Made by a program: the position numbers and the translations under genes
Part shown: in pieces, positions 52,773 through 64,000 of the stretch
How the letters are laid out: each line of letters starts with the position of its first letter
How positions within the stretch are numbered: position 1 is the stretch's first letter
Source: Flaccisagitta enflata
Lineage: Eukaryota
Direction of reading: 5' to 3'
Assembly (NCBI GenBank): GCA_965153355.1
Contig: OZ231126.1
Span: forward strand, 17,608,001 to 17,672,000
Length of the DNA stretch: 64,000 nt
Notes under the pieces: model-generated
What the model saw: only the letters and a program-made list of their open reading frames with translations
Told to the model about the DNA's origin: nothing
The model's database searches: none

Positions 52773-52919
52773 GTGAGTTGAAAATTACCTCTGCCTCATC
52801 TATCAACTGTTGCAACGAAAATTCGGAATTCAGTATATTCTGCTTTGATAAAGGATTAAGACTAGAAGAAATAGCTGGCCCTTCGGCAAGCTTGTCCTTT
52901 GATTTACTATTCTTCATGT

Positions 52920-53014
<95 letters not shown>

Positions 53015-53415
53015 ATCATCTTTTCCTACGGGACTTCTGTTACAAAAGTTTGTCTTATCAGCTATAATGTTTACTTTGGCCATTTTCCAATTGGCGGGAA
53101 ACTTTTTCACCTGTTTTCTAAAATTCACCTCAAAATCCACGAAAAAAAAAATCGGGAGTACTTTTTTTTTCTCCTCTTATTTGCATCTGTCGAAGTTTGA
53201 ATCCTAAATCTCAGCCATACTTCATAGGCTCACTTCTATTAACGGATCTGTATTGGTTTTCCTCCTAAAATCTTTTCCACCTTCCCTAAATATGATTTTT
53301 TTTATATCGTTATGTTTTTGGCAGATACTTTCAAATAAAAGATGAAAAAAAAAAATTCTTCCTTTTCTTATTTTCCCTTGATCACTGCCAAACTTTACCA
53401 CATCTTTTATATATA

Positions 53416-53998
53416 CACGGTGAACAAGCTCAAGTGGGGGAAAGTAAAAGCTTTGGCTTCCAAAACTGTCAGATTATCATATTTCATCTTTTGCGGTGTT
53501 GAAGAAAATTACCTGACATTTTATATAAGCCAAAGCTGAGGTTATTAGCTCAAATACTTTAGAGGATATATTAAAATCTTTAAAATGTCCAAAACTAGGA
53601 ATGGCTCAAAAACAACTTGAGTGCTTTGAAACTGGTAAATGGTGCTGTTGCATTCTTTCATCAATTATTGAACCAAAGGGTACATTCTTGGTTTCTACCT
53701 GAAGCACCATGAATGCCTTTTAGGTTTTTTATCCAACTTGATATAGTCATGCCATTTTCTTCCCCGCAACTTGAGTTAGACTGAGAATCAATGAACAATT
53801 TTTTAAGGTTGGAGAGGAACCTTCACATTTTTGGTCATATCTTTTCAGCTGTTTCAATTTTTCTATTTTGACCAACCAATGCAAGAGGAACAAACGTCAG
53901 GCAGTTCCCTACAAAGAGCAACTTTCAAATTATGAATATCTCAAGTTGTTTAGGCGTTATTAGCTTTTACTTTCCCCCACTTGAGGTTGTTCACCCTG
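53416..53998. mobile_element. Tc1/mariner-type MITE
   Basis: TA-flanked ~37-bp TIR CACGGTGAACAAGCTCAAGTGGGGGAAAGTAAAAGCT / AGCTTTTACTTTCCCCCACTTGAGGTTGTTCACCCTG. Confidence 0.85.
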
Positions 53999-54251
53999 TA
54001 TATCTGAAGAAGAAAAAAAAAGAAGTAGGTGAAGATTGCGTCGAGGTATCCAAGTTATATTTACCCTCGAATAAAAATCGTTTTGGACCAATTTAACAGC
54101 TTCTTTGAGAAGTAGGTTGGGAGTTACATCGCCGAGTTGAAGAGTAAAGAGTGAAAAAGGTCGGCTCATCCCCCCACTCTGTCTTTTTTAAACATATTTT
54201 TTTTTCTCAGTTGATCTTTTTATTGCATCTAATTTTTAAGTCGCTGGCTAA

Positions 54252-57200
54252 TAGGGTGTAGTGAAATGCGTAAAAATGGATTAAATATCTCCATGGGGGA
54301 TTTTTACTACAGTTCTTAGGTTACTAGACCAGAATGGAACAGTTTAATCATTATATATGTTGATCTAGTTGCGCGGAATTTGACCACAATATGCAAATGA
54401 GATCATTGGATTTTTTAACTTTTTTTGTTGTGACTTGTGGGTTAGCCACAACATGTAGGGTAGAAGGTCGATTGCCTAGATTGGAGTTAGTAATTGGTTT
54501 CCATTTTTTCATCAAAATTAATATATTAGAGGATGAATGCTACAATTCTTGTACTTATTTTGATCTATTTCACCCGGGGGCCCACTTGTTTTAAGTAAGA
54601 GGTAAGGTGCGCGAAAATTGCAAAAATGAGAGAACTTGTTTAATTTATGACTTACCTTGTTATTTTCATATTTTATCGATGGATTGATAAAAAAATCATA
54701 GTATTGGTCTTGATTGAACGATATTTAGTAGTAGAATATAAAGTTCTAAGAAAAAGATAAAAGTAGCCTCTAGGGGGCCCCTTCACGGGTCCTCATAGTG
54801 CCCCAATTAGCTAAAATGATGATTAATAATGAGTTTTTTGTCGCAATTTCCCCTTAGAGATTGATGGAGCTGTATTTTTCATATGAATGTACTTTTATCT
54901 GGTGGTGGGGTAAACAGATTAAGGATAGAGACCTCCGAGGGGGCCCATCTAGGGTCCCCTAAAGGACCAATCAGTCATAAATAACCAAAATCTTTGCATT
55001 TTCAGTAGTTTTTGGGCAGCGGCTCCGAAGGGGACGAAGTCCTGTGGAACATAGGGGGACTTATATCCGTTTGTCCATTTGTCTGTTTGTTTGTTTTCCC
55101 GCTTCTCAGGCTTCAAACTAGGCCTCTTGAGGCCTCAACTCAGCTCTTTTAGGCCTCAAATCATCCCTCTGAGGCCACAAATCAGCCCTCTCAAGCCTTA
55201 AATAATCCCTCTCAAGCCTCAAATCAGTCCTTTCAGGCATCAAATCAAGCCCCTCAAATCAGTCCTCTAAAGCCTTTAGTCAGTCCTATCAGGCCACAAA
55301 TCAAGCCTCTCTGGCCTCATCATTGATGATGAGTCATCAGTTCTCTTGAGCCGGAAATCATCACTCTTGGGCCTCAAATCATCACTCTTGGGCCTCAAAT
55401 TGTCCCTCTCAGGCCTCAAATCAGCCCTCTCAAGCCTCAAGTGATCTATCTAGGGCCTCGAATAAGCCCTCTCAGATCTGTATCAAGCCCTCTCAGGCTG
55501 CAAGTCTGCCCTCTCAGACCTCAAACCATGGATAGACGAGCGAACAAATGAAAGTTCCCCTTTAATCTATAGGACTTCGTCCCCTTCCAGGCCACTGCCC
55601 TGCTTCCCCCCCTCAAATTCACAACCATGCAAAGCAGGGCATCGGGTAACGCTGACCACATATTGTTTTGGGCGACTGGTTTTCTCTTTTATGGCATTGA
55701 AGGGCCAATTTATTTATTCAGACACTGTCATCTAGGGCAGGAGAGCTAGATGGGAATAAAAGAGCTGGTTTATGATCCTCTATGGGCCCTTCCTGAGGGC
55801 TTAAGGGACCCAAAACTGTCAGGAAAGACCAAAATCTTCCTATTTTTCATGTTTTATTTGTTTTGCTTCAAAGTCGATAAACTGGTTTATCACACCTGTA
55901 TCATATTTTTGGAAAAATAACTTCATTCATTCGTTCATACATCCATCCAATCATTCATCCTTTTGTTTATTCATCCATTCATACATTGATTGATTTGTTG
56001 ACTAATTCATTCATACATTCATTGTTTCACTGATTGATGAATGAAACAAGTTATTCACTCTTGGAAAAATTATCAATTTAGCTCTTTGCCTACACTTTCA
56101 ATCCCAGACTTGCTACTGGAACTGTAAAAAATATTATTGTGTTGGTTTAACAGCTAGTTGCTGCCTCATTTACCATCTTTATTCCATGTTCAGCTGCCTA
56201 TGTGTGGCAAGGATATGAGGGTGGTTTAAAAGGGAGGGGAATGAAGCCTCTGATTTCAACATTTGAATTTTGTGAACGAATTCAATCATAGAATGAGAAT
56301 ATTTCAATTCTCTCCAAACAATCATAGCGGAAGCTCAGGTTGATCAAGCTACAGAGTTGTGTGAGAGTGTAATGCTTGGACAAAAGATGAAAAACAATGC
56401 TGAAGCTAATCAGGTTGCTATTGGCACTTGGCACCTGAAAGAACAGGCAACGGAGGGAAGCGCAAGATTTGTGCTCTTGGATTTAGGCTTTAAAGCTGGA
56501 TCTTGGGCCTTGATGCTAGGTTTTGCGCCATGAGGCTAGGATGTGCGTCATGAGGCTGGGATCCGGGCCTTGAGACTCGAATGAGTGGGGGGGGGGGGAG
56601 GAGAAGAAGAAGACGAAGAAGAAGGAGAAAATTTCCCATATGTGTGAAGGCATGGATCATGGACACTTTGGGTCTGCTGCCCAGAAACAGATTCACTGGC
56701 CTTGTTTCAGGTGCCAGAAGACGGATCAATGACGGCGATTGAAAAAAAATCCTAAGATCTTACCAAGGGTTAAACTTTAATGCTGAATTCGCTCTCTCGC
56801 CTCTGTCTCTCTGTCTCTCTGTCTCTCTCTCTCTCATATTAAAATTTAATTTATACCTTGTATGTCTTATTCATTATTGAGTTGAGGCGCTAGACAGAAA
56901 AGTTGAAAAATTCAGATCACTAACTCTCCTCCCTCCTCCTCCTCCTCCTCCTCCTCCTCCACAACCCCTAACAACCCCTCAATCACTTAAGTTCCTCCTC
57001 CTATGTATTTGTCACGTCAATTGGGTCCATTAAAGTATCTATGGTTTTTTTTTCCAGAGTTTAATGAGGGCTGTTTACTTAAACCTAACTGGCACATATA
57101 GCGAAAATCTTGAAAAATCATGAAAATCTCATTTGCATATTGTGGTCAAATTCCGCGCAACTAGACCATTTAAAATTGACTCCAAACTGGTTCATTCTCA

Positions 57201-57277
57201 TTCCTAAGACCCATACCCGTCATAAAAATCCCCCATGAGGTCTGTGAAAATGAATCCCAACACCTGACTACGCCCTA
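54252..57277. mobile_element. Non-autonomous hAT element (3.0 kb) inserted in a HINE hairpin
   Basis: Termini TAGGGTGTAGT / ACTACGCCCTA; exact 8-bp TSD CTGGCTAA; perfect subterminal IR CTAGTTGCGCGGAATTTGACCACAATATGCAAATGAGAT (54365-54403, 57126-57164); nested family B HINE at ~55009-55682. Confidence 0.9.
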
Positions 57278-58341
57278 CTGGCTAAGCGACTCTATAAGTG
57301 GGTGTGTCCGTGGGAGGTAAGTTAGGAAGGTATATGGAAATTGAGATGACGCGAAATCGACTGAAATAGTGGTTTCTAAGCGTTACTGCCCCTGCCCAGC
57401 CACATTACAGACCCCGCCCTGCCCAATGCTGCTCTACCCACCCGCATAAGTTCACCTGCCCTCTCGCCAGCGACTACTTAATGACTGTGTATCCGGCCTT
57501 GTTTCTTAACTTTTTACTCGCAGACTTGCGACTCTAAAAATGGCAGTGGCCATCCATCCATCCCTCAATCCGATGGTACGTCCCCCTGTTGGTTTGTTGG
57601 TCCGTCGGTCGATCCTTAGTACTCGAGTTGAAATGTGTGAAAAAGCGCGCTGCTGTCCACCCTTGCACGACTGGTATTGGTTGTGTGTCCGGCCTTGTTA
57701 CGTCTTTACTCGGTAATCAAGGGTTAGGATATTTCGGCTTTTCCTCTCGACCAGGAGACAAAACATTCTTATCATTTTTTTATCGTCCGTGACAATGACT
57801 TCTTGATGATTGTTAAACAAAGCAGATAGTCGTCGTAGATTTGCGCTTGTCTAAATTTTTGGCAAAATGCCTCACTTTTTGAGTCACTTAACCCTTTGAG
57901 ATTTTGTTGTTGAGCAAAAACCGTAAAGAAATCACAATGTGCGATTATTAGGACGCTATTTTCAGTGTAAGACATCGAAAAAATAACTGCTTAAATAAGT
58001 AAGGACCACATGATAACCACGACGGACGGACCAATCGACTTTCGAATGAGAGCCACTACTATCAACACAAGGATGGCAGAAAGCCCAAAGATATAGGCGA
58101 AGAGTGATATAATTTAGGAGAGATACAGGCGAAGAGAGATATAGGTAAAGAGGATGTCTTGATGACTTTTGATCCGATTTAAACCCCAACAAGTCACGTC
58201 GCGTCATAATTCGTTTGGTTGAAAGAGTTCCCATCACACCAGGTCGGCGTAAATTTATAATCCCCAACTCTCCTCCCTCTCTCCTCCTTTGCCTTCATCA
58301 TCTTCAACGGTCATCTACTTCCAACGTGAAAACGGTTGGCG

Positions 58342-58392
<51 letters not shown>

Positions 58393-60019
58393 ATGGGGTT
58401 GGGGGTGTTGGCGGATGTTTACCAATGTGTAAATTGTTGAAGAAAGCATTTTGTGTCAAATCTTGGTCATGGCCATTCTTCGCTATGATGTGCTTCTACT
58501 TAAGCCTGACAAAATATGGTTTCATATTTGTTTTGATTTATGGTATCTGCGCGTCAGGCGAAGGAGAATTTTTTTTCAAAAACAAGGCCGGATACACGGC
58601 CATCAAGTAGTCGTTGGCGGTTGGTCAACGGTAGGGCGGGGGCTGTAATATGGCTGGGCAGGGGTTGAAATGCTCAGAAATCACTACTCTAATCGATTTC
58701 GCGTCATCTCAATTTTTTGTTACCTTCCCACCTTCCTAGGGACACACCCTCCTACAGAGTCACTTAGCCAGCGACTAACGATCTGATTTGGGGACATCAT
58801 TGTCGAGAAGGGCGAGAAGGTAGAAAGGGGCTCAAGGCCGCGGACAGGGACCTACGACGGCGAGCATCAGACGGCAAGATTTTGTGTGTCAACTGGGGTT
58901 AAAATAGAAAATTTCATGAGAATGAAAATGAAAAATAATATGAAAAGAAGTATATCACAATAAATAATATGAAAAGAAGTATATCACAATAAATAGAAGT
59001 ATATCACAGTAAATATTTCATTGCAAAATTTGCATTCAAGTAGGACAAAAGAGCAAATAAAGCTATCATTAACAAAATATATTCATGAAAGAATATTTTA
59101 AATTTTGTATTTGTTCATTGATAGGAGGCTCGTCAAAATTATAGCTTTGCATAGAAGATTAAAAAACACAAAAATGAAGAACATAGCCGCCTTCCAAAAT
59201 TGCTTATGGAGGCGGCTATGTTCTTAAAAATGCAAAATTTCTCTGAATTTGTGAGTCTTCTAATTTTGACAGCAGCAATGAGATGAAAAATGTAAGTAAA
59301 ATCTCACTAAAGACCCTAATTTTCTTTGCTTTTCTCATGTGCATTGCTGATTGAAAGGTTCTTTTGAGGTCAACATATGACATAAGCAAACACAAAGAGT
59401 ATTTCTTAAAACAATTTATCTCATGAAAGTAATTGTTGCATCATAAGTTTTCAACTATAGTTAAAACAAGGCCGGATACACGGCCATGAGTTGCGGACGG
59501 GTGGGCTGGGGCATCCAACCTTCATCTACACCTCAATGTTCTACCCACATACACAAAGATCTAAAACGCCTATTTCTCACTGACTTAGAAATTCACGGAT
59601 CGACGGACGGACTGGACAGACCACGACGGATCACCTGACTCACCCCATTTGACGGATGTGCCTCATGGGAATACTTCTGCACAGTAGTTATGTCCATAAC
59701 TAAAACAGAAACACTATATGTTGACATCAAATGCTCGCCGTCATACGTCTTCTACTACCACAAGAGGTTCGGCAATGGCTGTTCCACATCAACCCAGATT
59801 TCATGGCAGTCGTTAGACTTTAGCAGGAGTGTCAGCTGCTTCATGCAAATTAGGGTGAGATCAGAACAACGTTTCTTACGACGATCTTTAAAAAACAAAC
59901 GAGTTTCATGTTTCTGACTTGCAATTATGCCCAACTTGATCATGCCTGTCATGTTGACTCTTCCTTAGTTTTACTCTTCCACTGCCGCCCACTCCACCTC
60001 CACAATTCGGCCTTCCCAC

Positions 60020-61520
<1,501 letters not shown>

Positions 61521-63885
61521 AAAGATGGAGAGAATGAGAGCGTGAGTGAGTGCGAATTTGTTAAGAATAAGGTGTCCGGCTCGATCGCGCGTGCGATTCA
61601 TTTGTTCTCCGCTTTTCACTCCCAAGCACAGCCTTCATCTTCATCTTCATCAGTCAAAGATCTAAAAAAAACAAACAAACAAATAAACTCATAACTCTTT
61701 GCTAAAGACAGTAGCTGAAGAACAGCGAAGAAATTATTTCGACATCATTAAAACTTAGTTCTTGGCCCTTTTTCAATGCACCACTTAATTTCATTAATTC
61801 AGCTCATTGGTAAAATTGGATTCTCATCTTTATTTCGTCATAGCGTCCTTTTTTTTTGTCTTTGGGTTCCCATTGCGTCGTCTTAACTCTGCAATTCTTC
61901 AGGTACTGTGTGCATTGTTTTTTTTTCAACCGCAATCAACTTTCTGAATACTCAGATTAGTTTTGATAACCTTTTCATAAATTCTTGTTCTGAGAATTGG
62001 TGGGATATCAAGAGTAGGTCTACGTTTTTGACCAAAAAATTGTTGTTCTTCTCATTCTTGAACATATTTCCTAGGCCGGTAGGAAATTGGCATAAATAAC
62101 GTGATCTGTAAAACCCAGTCACAATAAAATCCAGGACAAAATACTGAGTCCTGGATTTTCCTCGACTTGATCAGCGTTTTGACCTCCAAAGAAGAATGTC
62201 TTTTCTATTCTAATGGCCCACCTCGAGTCGACCCAGAATCCTACGTGCAGCTGCCCTAAAGACCACACTATAGAACAAAGTTGCCTCTTTGTCTCAATTT
62301 GTCAATTTGTCACCCGCCGATTGAAACGGTTATTTTGTCTTAAGAATGAAAAGGTTTTGACCCACAATTTGCCTGTGTCAGTATCGATCTGCCTGTGTCA
62401 GTATCGATGTCATCGACGTACAGCTTTCACCTGGATTCACTTTCTGATGTTTGACCTAATTGTCGATTCGTTATCATTCGTCTGAATTAAGTCACGCGGT
62501 GACATGACGCTATCCTGTGTTTGAGAGTTCATTTCTGGGTTGAAATATAAATACTTTCCATCTGATTGATTGGTTTTTGTCAGCCTGTATGTCTATCAAT
62601 TTTTCGGTCGGTCGATCTGTGTGGCCTGTCTGTGACTTTATCCGTCTGTCCCTCCGCTAGATCGTCTTTTCTCCTGGTGCTTTTATATGTAAATGATGAT
62701 ATATATCTGGGGCAAGGTCGTGCATTTGCATATAAAAAGTGTTTGGCGACTAAACTTTTCGCACCTCGCGACACTTAAGCGGGGGAATTTTTATTTTGTT
62801 TGCTCAAAGGCGGCAACGGTTTTCAGCCTTTGATATTTTTCTCGCCGGGACGCCGGACCCCGGGCAGAATAACGGCCACTCCGCCGGACAGAGCTCAACG
62901 ATGCCGATGGCAGCTTGGCCGGACAGATTGATTGTCGGCTTACTCGCCGGAAAGGCTACAAATTGTCTGTAGGACTGCAGTATGTCCTTAATGTGATGAG
63001 CTGAGATCAAGCTCAAGATAATAGGATGAATTGCAATGTACCAGACACTCTGACCGGATTTAGAATAGGGCATTGAAGAACTAAGAAAACTGTTGACCGA
63101 TGTTTATTATCGATCGCATCACTGATCAAGATGTCGTATGAAACTCTAGCAATAATTAGGGTCAGGGATTTAAGATTGTAGAATCATCACCAACTTGTTC
63201 TTGCTTCCTTCGTCCATCCTGATAAACGAATCATAAGAAGGGAAAATTCTTCTTATTTTCTACTTGCTTCCGGTTCCATATAGATTTCCATTAACATGTT
63301 CAGTTGAGCACTTTCTTTTTAGCTGACCATGTCTTGGCCCTTGTCGCGGCCGCGTCGTATCGAAGCGTTCTGCCCCATTTCCTTTACCATTCCCCTCTTT
63401 TAACTCTCAGCCTGATGTCGGGTCATGCAAATGCGTGTTAAGATAACTTACACGCAATAAAAGATGTAACTACAGTTACATGCGCATGAATGAACGAGAA
63501 GAGAGATAACGCGTGTGCGATAGATCCGCGCACGCAACTTAAAACTCCTTCCTGTCTGCGTGTTGAATAATTTATGCGTGTTCATGATCGCGTTTTTATC
63601 TCGTCTTATCTCTTCAAGTCCGAGAGAGAGAAATCCAGGTCGGAGTCGTGGAGTCGTTTTGAGGCTGGGCAGTTTCGTGGCAAACAATCCACGCGCAAAC
63701 AACTGATTTGCATAAAAATCCCCCGAAATAAAGTTTCTCTCGTGATGATAACTGATGAATGAGGAGAGAATGAAGTGGCCATCTTTTAAGATAATGTAAC
63801 ATCTACCAGAACATGTAACTGATAATCTGAACGCACAACTTTTTGCACTGTATATTGTAGATCCGATTTAAGAATTACCCAAGTA

Positions 63886-63974
<89 letters not shown>

Positions 63975-64000
63975 TGTGTGTGTGCTCTAACAGACCCGTG

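Noticed and set aside
62804-63073. GC-richer minus-strand ORF of 89 aa
   Set aside because: No recognisable motif and no splice phase link to the gene model; cannot be supported.

Overview
Repeat-rich eukaryotic DNA, most likely an invertebrate animal (spliceosomal introns, many microsatellites, nested DNA transposons). It holds ten phase-consistent coding exons (4162 nt, about 1390 aa, low-complexity, unidentified) of one host gene. The first four exons lie on the minus strand left of a 33-N gap and the rest on the plus strand right of it; about 1.2 kb of inverted duplicated sequence, including one exon, links the two halves, probably a haplotype or scaffolding inversion. The introns contain a 10-kb Academ-like foldback element with nested insertions, a foldback-like element built from 67-bp repeats, and many MITEs and Helentron-type (HINE) elements. 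The main finding is a 5'-truncated Penelope-like retroelement whose 3' region carries a complete type-P5 twister ribozyme fold (21451-21558) where Penelope-like elements usually carry hammerheads. Its P1 is reduced to a palindromic GGCC. About 25 kb away, a non-coding 319-bp tandem repeat (46553-47183) carries a second P5-type twister-like motif, also with a palindromic P1, and looks like a twister-based retrozyme. All structures were read by eye; none was checked by computation.
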